DNA of 64,000 bases, taken from positions 38,928-102,927 of the forward strand of contig LCQK01000001.1 in the NCBI GenBank assembly GCA_001004105.1, written 5' to 3'. The number at the start of each line of letters is the position of its first letter. The stretch's first letter is position 1. Origin of the DNA: Candidatus Jorgensenbacteria bacterium GW2011_GWB1_50_10. GTDB taxonomy: Bacteria > Patescibacteriota > Minisyncoccia > UBA6257 > GWB1-50-10. A program made the translations under genes and the position numbers. The notes under the pieces were generated by a model. That model did not search any database. It worked only from the letters and a program-made list of their open reading frames with translations, and was not told the DNA's origin. This document shows positions 37,560 to 47,055 of this stretch, in pieces.

Positions 37560-37872
37560 TGGACATGGCCGGAGTTGAACCGGCGTGGAGAACGATCATC
37601 ACAAATCCTCTACAGACTTATCTCTTGCGAGAAAATTTTGGCTTTGTGATTTAATCCCCGGCTACCAAGCCGTCTTGCCGGAGGCGAGCTCCATTTATTA
37701 CACCGGTTGCCTCCTATGGAACGTTGGAGACCGATGCCGCATTAAGCGAAAGCTAACGCGGGGGCTGCAACTTTAGAGTTGGCAGTTAATATTTGTTGCC
37801 GAAGTTTAACGAGGTTCGGCAGCTCGGCCTGCAGATTTGCGAATCGGCATTCTCTCAAAGCCCGACATGCCC
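37560..37872 (-). ncRNA. ssrA: tmRNA, tag ANSKVAAPALAFA*
   Basis: 5' GGGCATG pairs with 3' CATGTCC-A including G3.U70; T-arm GCCGGTTCAACTCCGGC; P2 pairing GAGAAT/GTTCTC and TCGCAAATCT/GGATTTGTGA; next to smpB. Confidence 0.92.
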
Positions 37873-38295
37873 TCTTATCTCCCTTTCCGTTTCCCGTTTT
37901 TTAATGAGCTCGCGCTTGTCGCGTTTTTTCCTTCCTTTCCCAAGACCTAACTCGACTTTCACGAATCCGCGCTCAGTATAAACCCGAAGCGGCACCAGGG
38001 TCAAACCAGTTCCGATTTTCCCGATGATTACTTTTATTTCGTCGCGATTAAGGAGCAGTTTTTTTGTCCGCTCGGTCTCGTATCCGGCGGGCACATTCTT
38101 TGGTTGAAAAGGCGGCACTTTCATTCCTATTAAGAACAATTCGCCGCCGCGTTCAATAGCATGTGCCCCCGCAATATCAACGCGGCCCATTTTTACGGAT
38201 TTGGCTTCATGGCCCGTCAGTTGAATCCCCGCGAAAAGTTTTTCAGATATTTCATAATCAAACCCAGCCCGTTTGTTGACACTCAAATCTTTCAT
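37855..38295 (-). CDS. smpB: SsrA-binding protein
   Basis: NKRAGFDY, GIQLTGHEAKS, RTKKLLL, GLTLVP, DKRE. Confidence 0.95.
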   Translation of the reverse strand: MKDLSVNKRAGFDYEISEKLFAGIQLTGHEAKSVKMGRVDIAGAHAIERGGELFLIGMKVPPFQPKNVPAGYETERTKKLLLNRDEIKVIIGKIGTGLTLVPLRVYTERGFVKVELGLGKGRKKRDKRELIKKRETEREIRGHVGL

Positions 38296-38330
38296 ATGCT
38301 AATTTTACCCCAGCTCTCACGGAGAAAACC

Positions 38331-38603
38331 ATGGAAACCAAAAGCGAGAACAGCCTTGACATTCTCTGGACGACGCGGTTTATTGCGTGGGCCAAGAGGG
38401 TCGGTGGCAGAGAAGAGGATCTATTCGACACCGGATACCTCAGATGGCGGTTTTCATCGCCTGAGGGGACGTTGTGGCAGGCCACCTTTGACCATATTAT
38501 GAGGCGGGCTAGAGAAGAAGACATTACTCCAGAAGAGTTCGTGAAACGGCTTTTTGGCCACGGTCGCGCCGAAGAGGTTCTGGTCTACTTCCGAGGCAGC
38601 TAA
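38331..38603 (+). CDS. Hypothetical protein
   Basis: 90-aa ORF followed by a terminator-like hairpin (38615-38650). Confidence 0.45.
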   Translation: METKSENSLDILWTTRFIAWAKRVGGREEDLFDTGYLRWRFSSPEGTLWQATFDHIMRRAREEDITPEEFVKRLFGHGRAEEVLVYFRGS

Positions 38604-38666
38604 ACTCCGAATAGCGAGAGCGCGAGTAATCGCGCTCTTTCGTTTTTTTGATTAGAATAAGTAAAG

Positions 38667-40241
38667 ATGCGAGACAAGCTTTCAGCGCTTTTGAGGAAAA
38701 CTGCGCCCAAAGGAACGGAGATCGGTTTAAACGTCCCCGAGGATGAGAAATTTGGCCACTATTCAACGAATGTCGTTTTTTCGCTTGCGAAAAAATCTGG
38801 CCGGCCGCCGATGGATGTCGCCCGGGAGCTCGCGGAAAAAGTCAAACTCGCCGGTTTTTTGAAGCGGTTGGAGGTGGCGCCCCCCGGGTTTATAAATTTT
38901 TGGTTGGAAGAAAGAGCGTTTCAAGATGAACTGCGGGAGATTTTAAAAAAGAAAAATTCTTACGGACGCGGCAAAAGAAAGAAAGATAAAATCCAGGTGG
39001 AGTTTGTTTCCGCCAATCCCACCGGTCCCTTAACGCTCGCGAACGGCCGGGGCGGATTTTTGGGCGACGTTCTCTCCAATACTTTGGAATGGAACGGCTT
39101 TCAAGTGGAGCGGGAATATTATGTGAATGACACCGGTAATCAGATTATTACTTTAGGCAAGTCCGCGGCCGCCGCTTTAGGTTTAATCCCGGCAGAGGAG
39201 AGTTTTTACAAAGGCGACTACGTGAGAAGGTGGGCGAGCGTGAACGCCGCTTTCGTCAGGAGAAATAAGGAAAAATTTTTGAAAATCGGCCAGAAAGCCG
39301 CGGCGGAATTCATGAGGAATATAAAGACCACTCTCACAAAAAAAGCCGGCATTAAATTCAACCGTTTTACCTCGGAAGAAAAGCAAATTCACAAGAAGGG
39401 TTTGACCAAAAAAGCTATGGAAATTTTCAGGAAAAAAGGACTGGTTTACAAAAAAGAAGGCGCGGAGTGGCTTAAAACCACTACCTTTGGAGACGACAAG
39501 GACCGGGTGGTGATAACGAGTGATGGATTTCCAACTTATTTCCTTGCCGATGCCGGGCACTATTTAGAGACAAAATCCCGTGGTTTCAGCAGGAAAATAA
39601 ACATTTTAGGTCCCGACCACTTCGGCTACGTCGCTCGCATCCAAGCGGTGGCGAAGCTGGTGGGACTTGCGGAATCCACCATTATCATTACTCAACTCGT
39701 GCGTATGTTGGATAAGGGAGAAAGACTCAAGATGTCGAAGCGTAAGGGAACATTCATTACTTTTAATGAGCTTATTAATGAGGTGCCGCCGGATGTTGCG
39801 AGGTTCTTTTTCCTCACGATTGCGCCGGAGACGCACCTGGATTTTGACCTGGATTTAGCTAAGGAAAAATCGCAGAAAAATCCGGTTTATTACGCGCAAT
39901 ACGCCTACGTGCGGGCCCTTTCGATTTTGAAAAAAGCGAAGATTTCCGCCGCAAAAGCCGACTTGCGATTGCTCTCGAGCCGCGAAGACATTTCGCTTTT
40001 GAGAATGCTCGCGGCTTTTCCCGAAATTATTGAAGATGCCGCTTCCGATTACGGCGTCCAGCGCCTGACTCGCTACGCGCGCGAGCTTGCGCGGATTTTT
40101 CACGATTTTTACGAAAAGGAAAGAATCATCGGTGTGCCAAAAAACCTCGCCGCTGCCCGTCTAGCGCTTGTCAAAGCCACAGTCCAAGTTTTTGAAAACC
40201 TTTTCAAGATTTTAGGAATTTCCGCCCCCCAAAAAATGTAA
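38667..40241 (+). CDS. argS: Arginyl-tRNA synthetase
   Basis: EFVSANPTGPL, REYYVND, KMSKRKG, NPVYYAQYA. Confidence 0.96.
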   Translation: MRDKLSALLRKTAPKGTEIGLNVPEDEKFGHYSTNVVFSLAKKSGRPPMDVARELAEKVKLAGFLKRLEVAPPGFINFWLEERAFQDELREILKKKNSYGRGKRKKDKIQVEFVSANPTGPLTLANGRGGFLGDVLSNTLEWNGFQVEREYYVNDTGNQIITLGKSAAAALGLIPAEESFYKGDYVRRWASVNAAFVRRNKEKFLKIGQKAAAEFMRNIKTTLTKKAGIKFNRFTSEEKQIHKKGLTKKAMEIFRKKGLVYKKEGAEWLKTTTFGDDKDRVVITSDGFPTYFLADAGHYLETKSRGFSRKINILGPDHFGYVARIQAVAKLVGLAESTIIITQLVRMLDKGERLKMSKRKGTFITFNELINEVPPDVARFFFLTIAPETHLDFDLDLAKEKSQKNPVYYAQYAYVRALSILKKAKISAAKADLRLLSSREDISLLRMLAAFPEIIEDAASDYGVQRLTRYARELARIFHDFYEKERIIGVPKNLAAARLALVKATVQVFENLFKILGISAPQKM

Positions 40242-40261
40242 CGATATCAGAGGAGTATTAG

Positions 40262-40285
40262 TGAACAATTCGCGCGAATGGTTAA
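40262..40285. repeat. Left 24-bp inverted repeat of ArsR gene 2
   Basis: TGAACAATTCGCGCGAATGGTTAA, exact reverse complement of 40584-40607. Confidence 0.92.
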
Positions 40286-40309
40286 GTTGGGGTGATATAA
40301 TAGAAATAT

Positions 40310-40576
40310 ATGAAAAGGTGGACGCAAATTTTTAAGGCGCTGGCCAATATTAACAGGTTAAAAATCATTAAACTGCTCTCTGGCGGCCGTGCTCTAAACG
40401 TTTCCAATATCGCCGGTGAGATTGGAATTTCACTAAATGCCACTTCAAAACATCTAATCATTTTGAGCAATCTTGATGTTTTGGATGGCAACGGCAGGGA
40501 GGGGCACGTTTTCTACAACTTGAACCCTAAAATGCCGCCCGATATAAAGAGAAGCGTCAATCTTTTTCTTGGCTGA
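40310..40576 (+). CDS. ArsR/SmtB-type winged HTH protein 2
   Basis: FKALANINRLKII...TSKHLIIL...VFYNL; paralog of 16849-17124. Confidence 0.85.
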   Translation: MKRWTQIFKALANINRLKIIKLLSGGRALNVSNIAGEIGISLNATSKHLIILSNLDVLDGNGREGHVFYNLNPKMPPDIKRSVNLFLG

Positions 40577-40583
40577 TGTTAAG

Positions 40584-40607
40584 TTAACCATTCGCGCGAA
40601 TTGTTCA
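40584..40607. repeat. Right 24-bp inverted repeat of ArsR gene 2
   Basis: TTAACCATTCGCGCGAATTGTTCA. Confidence 0.92.
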
Positions 40608-40618
40608 GTTGAAGAAAT

Positions 40619-42409
40619 ATGACTCAAGAAACAAAAACCTGCCAAAATTGTAAAAACCAGTTCACGGTTGAACCGGAGGATTTTGATTTCTATAGAAAAA
40701 TAGAAGTCCCGTCGCCGACGTGGTGCCCGGAGTGCCGGTTAATCCGGCGTCTCGCTTGGCGGAATGAACGAGCACTCTACCGGGGGAAATGCCAGCGTTG
40801 CGGAAAAGCGACCATCTCAATTTTTTCACCGGACAAAGATTTGACGGTGTATTGTCGAGGATGTTGGTGGTCCGACGAATGGGACGGACTCGAATATGGG
40901 ATAAATTTTGACCCGCAGGAACCTTTCCTTTCTCAAGTGGAAGGGTTATTTCACAAAGTCCCTACTATGGCACTCCACGGTCTCCACACCACCTTAGTGA
41001 ACTCGGAGTACACCAATATGGTGGGGTATCTTAAGAACTGCTACTTCATCACGCACAGCGATTATGACGAAAATTGCGCTTACGGCAGCTATATACATCA
41101 CAGCAAGGATAGCGTCGACAATCTAATGTTGGATCAAAGTGAACTGTGTTATGAAACAGTGAATTGCCGCAACTGCTACCAAACGTTCTTTTCTCTGGAT
41201 TGCGAGGATTGCCAAAATGTTTACTTTTCCAAGAGTTGCAATGGGTGCAGTAATTGCTTCGGTTGCGTGAATTTAAGAAATAAATCGTACCATATTTTCA
41301 ATCGGCCGTACTCAAAAAGTGAGTATGAGAAAAAACTCCAGGACTATATTCCCCATACGTTCCAGAAACAACAAGAGATGATTGAAATGATTCACTCTAA
41401 GTGGCCCTATTATCCTACAAAATACGCTCACGAGCGTCATAATACCAATGTAACGGGGGATTATATCTTCAATTGCAAGAACACCTACGATTCGTTCATT
41501 ATCACCGACGCAGAAAACTGCCGTTACTGTGCTCTCATTGTTCCCAGCGGACTAAAAGATTCTTATGACCTGACGCATTACGGGCCTTTGTCAGAACTCG
41601 TTTACGAGTCGTTTCAAGTGGGCGATCACGTGTCTCGCATCAAATTCTCCTGGTGGGCTGTAACAAACAACGAGGATGTGGAATACAGCATGTTCGTAAC
41701 CGGCTGCAGGAATGTTTTTGGATGCGTTGGATTGAAAAAACGAGAATACTGCATTTTGAACAAGCAATACTCAAAAGAAGAATTTGAAAAACTTAGAGCA
41801 CAAATTATCGAGCAGATGAACACAAAGCCATACCGAGACCAACAGAACCATGAGTACCGCTACGGGGAGTTTTTCCCAACGGAAATGAGCCCCTTCGCCT
41901 ATAACGAGACAACTGCTCAGGAACTATTTCCAACAATGACCAAAGAAGAGGCGATAGAGAAAGGTTATTCTTAGAAAGACCCCGAAGAAAGGCACTATGA
42001 GGTAACGATAAAAGCAGAAGATCTCCCTGACTACATCAAGGATGTAGGGGACTCCATCCTCAAAGAAACCATTGGCTGTGCTCACCAAGGCACCTGCAAC
42101 GAGCAATGCGCCACCGCCTTCAAAATCATCAAAGATGAGCTTCAATTCTACAAAAAGATGAACCTGCCCCTCCCGCGTCTCTGTCCCAACTGCCGTCATT
42201 ACCAGCGCCTCAAACAGAGGAATCCCCTCAAATTGTGGCATAGGAAATGCACCTGTGCCGGAGAGAAGTCAGAAAACAGTGTCTATACAAACACCGCCCA
42301 GCACTTCCACGAGAATGGTCATTGCCCTAACGAATTTGAAACAAGTTACGCTCCCGAAAGACCGGAAATCGTCTACTGCGAACAATGCTACAACGCCGAA
42401 GTTGTATAA
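40619..42409 (+). pseudogene. Large Cys-rich (CxxC repeat) protein interrupted by one in-frame TAG
   Basis: ORF 40619-41974 continues in the same frame after TAG (GYS*KDPEERHY...) into ORF 42158-42409. Confidence 0.7.
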
Positions 42410-42417
42410 GCGAGCAG

Positions 42418-42437
42418 CCTGCCTGCCGGCAGGCAGG
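42418..42437. repeat. REP-like palindrome CCTGCCTGCCGGCAGGCAGG
   Basis: Perfect 20-bp palindrome; related copies at 55897 and 57973. Confidence 0.8.
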
Positions 42438-42464
42438 TGTTATAATAGTGAAGTTGTGTAAATC

Positions 42465-45400
42465 ATGCTGAAAAATCTTAAGGAGTTTTCCCTGCCGAAA
42501 ATTGAAGAAAAAGTCCTGGAATTCTGGAAATCCGACCGGATTTTTGAAAAATCGCTTGCCAAGACGAAGCGCGGCAAAAAGTTTGTTTTTTATGAGGGGC
42601 CGCCGACCGCAAACGGCCGGCCGGGGATTCACCACGTTTTGGCTCGCGTTTTCAAGGACATCGTTTTGCGCTACAAGACCATGGCCGGGTTTTACGCGCC
42701 CCGCCGGGGCGGCTGGGACACCCACGGCCTGCCGGTAGAGATAGAAGTGGAAAAATCGCTGGGGTTGAAATCCAAAGCCGAAATAGAAAAATTCGGCATC
42801 GCCGAGTTCAATAAAAAATGCCGCGAATCGGTCTGGAAATACAAAAATGAATGGGAACGCTTCACCGAACGCATCGGTTTTTGGCTGGACCTTAAAAATC
42901 CTTATATTACCTACGAGAATTCCTACATTGAAACGCTCTGGTGGATAATCCAGCAGATCGCCAAGCGCAAGTTGCTCTACAAAGGGCACAAGGTTGTGCC
43001 ATGGTGTTCGCGTTGTGGGACATCGCTTTCTTCGCATGAGATGGCCTTGGGTTACAACGAAGTGGAGGATACGTCGGTGTATGTGAAATTCAAGATTAAA
43101 AATCGTCCGAATACCTACATTCTTTCCTGGACGACGACGCTGTGGACTTTACCTGGGAACGTCGCTCTCGCCGTCGGTGAGAAGATTAAATATTTGGAAC
43201 AGGAAATAAAAGGCGAACGGTTGATTTATGCAAAATATTCTCCGATTGCCAGAGAATTGGGCCAGATAGGAAAAGAATTATCCGGTAAATCTTTAGTCGG
43301 TCTTGAGTACGAGCCGCTTTTTAAAATAAAACCTTTACAAAACGGTAAATCGCATAAAATTTATGCCGCCGATTTTGTGACGACGACCGAAGGCACGGGG
43401 GTGGTCCACACCGCCGTGATGTACGGTGAAGACGACTACAATTTAGGCAAGAAAGTCGGCCTGCCCCAGCACCACACGGTGGATGAGAAAGGAAAGTTCA
43501 CTAAGGACGTGGCCGGTTTTGAGGGAATGTACGTTAAAGCCAAAGAAACCGAGGAAAAAATAGTTAAATATCTTGAGAGAAACGGCAATTTATTGAAGAC
43601 CGAAAAATATCTCCACGAATATCCTTTCTGCTGGCGATGTAACACACCGCTTATCTACTACGCCCGCGATTCCTGGTTTGTGGTGATGAGCAAGCTGCGG
43701 AGCAAACTGCAAAAAGCGAACGGCAAAATAAATTGGATTCCGGCGCACATCAAGACCGGCCGTTTCGGCGAGTGGCTCCGCGAGGCGAAGGACTGGAACT
43801 TTTCCCGCGAAAGGTATTGGGGAACACCCCTGCCGGTTTGGCAGTGCGAAAAATGCGCCGAAGCCAAGGTTATCGGTGGCTTTGATGAGTTGGAAAAACT
43901 GGCAGGCAAAAGCACTAACTGCTACATTTTGGTCCGGCACGGGCAGGCGCAGAGTAATTTAGACCATAAAGTTACTGGCTGGCCTGAGAAAACCAAGGCG
44001 CATCTTACTCTTTTCGGCCGCGTGGAGGTTGAGAAACTGGCCAAGAAACTCGCGAAGACAAAAGTCCATTACATTTATTCTTCGGACCTCACTCGCACAA
44101 AAGAAACCGAACAAATTCTTGCTGACATCTTCAAAGGCGAAAAAGTATATTTTGACGAGAGATTACGGGAGATAAATACCGGCAAGTTCAACGGCTGCCA
44201 CGACAGCGCTTACCACGCTTACTTTACCTCCATACTCGAGAAGTTCACCAAAGTGCCGCCGGGTGGCGAGTCACTCTCGGATTTGCGCAAGCGCCTTTTC
44301 GGATTGATTAGCGAACTTGAAAAGAAACATCAAAACAAAACAATCGTGATTGTGAGCCACGAATATCCGATTTGGATGCTCTGGCAGATGATGACGGGCG
44401 CGAGCAACGATGAGGCGGCTCTCGAGCACGAGCGCCGCGGAGAGGATTTCATCGGCACCGGCGAGGCCGAAGAAATTAAGATGCGCAATCTGCCGCGCGA
44501 TGAGACCGGACTTTTTGACGTTCATAGGCCGTACGTTGATGAAGTTAAATTCGGTTGCGTTAAGCCGCGATGCAACGGGAAGATGAAGCGGGTTAAAGAA
44601 GTGGTTGATGCTTGGTTTGATTCGGGAGCGATGCCTTTTGCGTCAAGCGCGCCAATTCCCGCCGATTACATTTCGGAGGCCGTTGACCAGACGCGCGGCT
44701 GGTTCTACACGCTCCTTGCCGTTGCTGTTTTGATGAACAAAGGTAATCCCTACAGAAACGTGATTTGCTTGGGTCATGTCTTAGACAAATACGGCCGGAA
44801 GATGTCCAAATCCAAAGGAAATGTTGTTGACCCGTGGCAGATGATAGAAAAATACGGGACGGATGCGGTACGGTGGTATCTCTACACCATAAACCCGCCG
44901 GGCGAGCCGAAAAAATTCGACGAGGCGGATTTGGGCAAAGCGCTGCGCCAGACGATATCCCTTATTTACAATTCCTTCGTATTTTTCGAAACCTACGCAA
45001 GTAAAAATACCAGATACCAAATACCAAATACCAAAAATGTTCTGGATAGATGGGTTATTGCGCGCCTTGCCGAAGCCGTCAAAGCGGCGACGGCGGGGAT
45101 GGACAAATACGACGTCGGGGGCGCCGCTCACGCGATTGAGGAATTCGTTTCCGACCTCTCGCGCTGGTACATCCGCCGCTCCCGAAGACGTCTCCAGAAA
45201 CCGGATGGCCAAAAAGATTATAATGCCGCATCAGAGACGCTGGGTTTCGTGCTTTTGGAGCTTTCTAAACTCTTGGCGCCCTTTACGCCGTTTTTTGCCG
45301 AAGCGTTGTACAAGTCATTGGTCATAAATCATGGGTCATCTGTTCACCTAGAAAATTGGCCTAAAATCGTTGGCAAGACCGACAAGAAATTACTAGGGGA

Positions 45401-45887
45401 GATGAAAAACGCCCGCTTGATTGCGAGTTCGGCGCTTGCCAAGCGCGCCGAACTCGGCATTAAAGTCCGCCAACCATTAAACGAATTGAAAATCAAGAAT
45501 CAGGAATTAAAGAGCAAGGAAATAACCGAAATTTTGAAAGATGAGGTGAATGTGAAGAAAATCGCTTTTGACAGGAAATTGAAGGAGGATATTTGGCTTG
45601 ATGCGGAAATTACCCACGAGCTCAAGGAAGAAGGGTGGTTGCGAGAATTGGTGCGGATGATTCAAGGTCTGCGCCAGGACGCGGGACTCACGCCGAAAAC
45701 CCAGATTATCTTGGTAGTGGAGAGCCCCGGCGAGCTGAACCACGTTGTTCAAGCGAATGAAAACCTAATCAAAAAAGAAGTGAACGCCAAAAGCGTGGAA
45801 TACGGCCGTTCCCACAAGTTTGAATCGGAGCTGGAAACGAAAATAGACGACTGGCCGGTTTGGATCGCCTTAAGAAAGCCACTGTAG
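42465..45887 (+). CDS. ileS: Isoleucyl-tRNA synthetase (type 2) with inserted histidine-phosphatase domain
   Basis: YEGPPTANG, GWDTHGLPVE, SRERYWGTPLP, DQTRGWFY, KMSKSKGN; insert with VRHG. Confidence 0.95.
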   Translation: MLKNLKEFSLPKIEEKVLEFWKSDRIFEKSLAKTKRGKKFVFYEGPPTANGRPGIHHVLARVFKDIVLRYKTMAGFYAPRRGGWDTHGLPVEIEVEKSLGLKSKAEIEKFGIAEFNKKCRESVWKYKNEWERFTERIGFWLDLKNPYITYENSYIETLWWIIQQIAKRKLLYKGHKVVPWCSRCGTSLSSHEMALGYNEVEDTSVYVKFKIKNRPNTYILSWTTTLWTLPGNVALAVGEKIKYLEQEIKGERLIYAKYSPIARELGQIGKELSGKSLVGLEYEPLFKIKPLQNGKSHKIYAADFVTTTEGTGVVHTAVMYGEDDYNLGKKVGLPQHHTVDEKGKFTKDVAGFEGMYVKAKETEEKIVKYLERNGNLLKTEKYLHEYPFCWRCNTPLIYYARDSWFVVMSKLRSKLQKANGKINWIPAHIKTGRFGEWLREAKDWNFSRERYWGTPLPVWQCEKCAEAKVIGGFDELEKLAGKSTNCYILVRHGQAQSNLDHKVTGWPEKTKAHLTLFGRVEVEKLAKKLAKTKVHYIYSSDLTRTKETEQILADIFKGEKVYFDERLREINTGKFNGCHDSAYHAYFTSILEKFTKVPPGGESLSDLRKRLFGLISELEKKHQNKTIVIVSHEYPIWMLWQMMTGASNDEAALEHERRGEDFIGTGEAEEIKMRNLPRDETGLFDVHRPYVDEVKFGCVKPRCNGKMKRVKEVVDAWFDSGAMPFASSAPIPADYISEAVDQTRGWFYTLLAVAVLMNKGNPYRNVICLGHVLDKYGRKMSKSKGNVVDPWQMIEKYGTDAVRWYLYTINPPGEPKKFDEADLGKALRQTISLIYNSFVFFETYASKNTRYQIPNTKNVLDRWVIARLAEAVKAATAGMDKYDVGGAAHAIEEFVSDLSRWYIRRSRRRLQKPDGQKDYNAASETLGFVLLELSKLLAPFTPFFAEALYKSLVINHGSSVHLENWPKIVGKTDKKLLGEMKNARLIASSALAKRAELGIKVRQPLNELKIKNQELKSKEITEILKDEVNVKKIAFDRKLKEDIWLDAEITHELKEEGWLRELVRMIQGLRQDAGLTPKTQIILVVESPGELNHVVQANENLIKKEVNAKSVEYGRSHKFESELETKIDDWPVWIALRKPL

Positions 45888-45890
45888 CTT

Positions 45891-45926
45891 ATCTTCAAAA
45901 ACTCCCATATGGGAGTTTTTGAAGAT
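45891..45926. terminator. Perfect 36-bp palindrome between convergent ileS and trpS
   Basis: ATCTTCAAAAACTCCCATATGGGAGTTTTTGAAGAT. Confidence 0.75.
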
Positions 45927-46960
45927 TAAATTAATAAGCCGATTTTGCGCTTTACCTCGTTTATTTTTTTGGAAGCGACAGTATTTGCTTTCTTATTGCC
46001 GACAGCGAGCACTTTTTTGATTTCGGCGGGTTTTAGTTTCTTTTTTCTTTCTTGGAACGGCCGGAGGGCGCGGATTATCACTTCGGCCAGATCCTTTTTG
46101 AATTCGGCATAGCCCTTACCAACATACATTTTTTCGATGGTACTTACCGATTTACCGGAGAGTTCAGAATAAATCAAAAGCAGGTTGCTCACGCCGGGTT
46201 TGTTTTTCACGTCGTATTTTATCTCTTTTCCAGAATCGGTGGTTGCGCGCGTTAATTTTTGTCGGATGATCGCCGGCGAATCGTCCATAAAAAGACAACC
46301 AGCCGGGCGGGATTTCGCCATTTTTTTGGTGGAGTCGTCTAAACTCATAAGACGTGGAACTTTCGTGAGAAGCGGTTTGGGTTCGGTGAAGGTTTTGCCG
46401 TATTTATTGTTGAATTTTCGGACAAGCGTCCGGGCCAGCTCAAGATGCTGGAGCTGGTCGCGCCCTACTGGAACGAATTTCGCGTCGTAGAGAATTATGT
46501 CGGCCGTCATTAGCACGGGGTAAGCTGCAAGGCCAAAATTGCTTTCGTCAACGGCCCTTTCAAAGTCCTCTCTGGTAAAAATTTGACCCTCTTTTAACTT
46601 GAGTGTTTGGATCACTTTTTCTTTAAATGCGGTCATCCGCAGTAGTTCACTGACCGGCGTAAGGGGGCCCAGAATTTCATACAGCTGGAGATGTGCCGAA
46701 ATTTGAGACTGGATGAATAAAGTTGATTTCTTCGGATTGAGTCTGGCCGCTAGAAAGCTCGCCATAAGATCAATGGTGTTTTTCTGCAGATCTTTCGGAT
46801 TCGGGTTTTCGGTGAGGGCATGCATATCGGCAATGAAAAAATAGCACTGGTATTTACCAGAGTTCTGGAGGTCAACGAAATTTTTGAGAGCGCCTAAATA
46901 ATTCCCGAGGTGGAGCTTGCCGGTTGGTTGAATGCCCGAAATTAATATTGGTTTTCTCAT
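45926..46960 (-). CDS. trpS: Tryptophanyl-tRNA synthetase
   Basis: SGIQPTGKLHLGNY, YPVLMTADI, VPVGRDQ, KMAKS. Confidence 0.96.
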   Translation of the reverse strand: MRKPILISGIQPTGKLHLGNYLGALKNFVDLQNSGKYQCYFFIADMHALTENPNPKDLQKNTIDLMASFLAARLNPKKSTLFIQSQISAHLQLYEILGPLTPVSELLRMTAFKEKVIQTLKLKEGQIFTREDFERAVDESNFGLAAYPVLMTADIILYDAKFVPVGRDQLQHLELARTLVRKFNNKYGKTFTEPKPLLTKVPRLMSLDDSTKKMAKSRPAGCLFMDDSPAIIRQKLTRATTDSGKEIKYDVKNKPGVSNLLLIYSELSGKSVSTIEKMYVGKGYAEFKKDLAEVIIRALRPFQERKKKLKPAEIKKVLAVGNKKANTVASKKINEVKRKIGLLI

Positions 46961-46981
46961 AAACTTCTGATTTAAGATTTT

Positions 46982-47015
46982 CAGGTGGTATACTTAAGTA
47001 TACCACCTGGGTTTT
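46982..47015. repeat. Palindrome upstream of trpS
   Basis: CAGGTGGTATACTTAAGTATACCACCTG; 46984-47015 identical to 61141-61172. Confidence 0.9.
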
Positions 47016-47055
47016 TGGAAAAGTTCTGAAAAGTTCGAGAACTTTTAAGTTCCTT

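Noticed and set aside
37372-37981. Small ORFs around the tmRNA
   Set aside because: They overlap the tmRNA, its terminator or smpB and show no coding features.
41972-41974. Stop-codon reassignment (TAG or TGA recoding)
   Set aside because: TAG ends conserved genes (dnaA, ileS, rny) and TGA ends others (murB, smpB) at expected positions; only one internal stop was seen.
42327-43037. 236-aa minus-strand ORF
   Set aside because: Antisense shadow of ileS.
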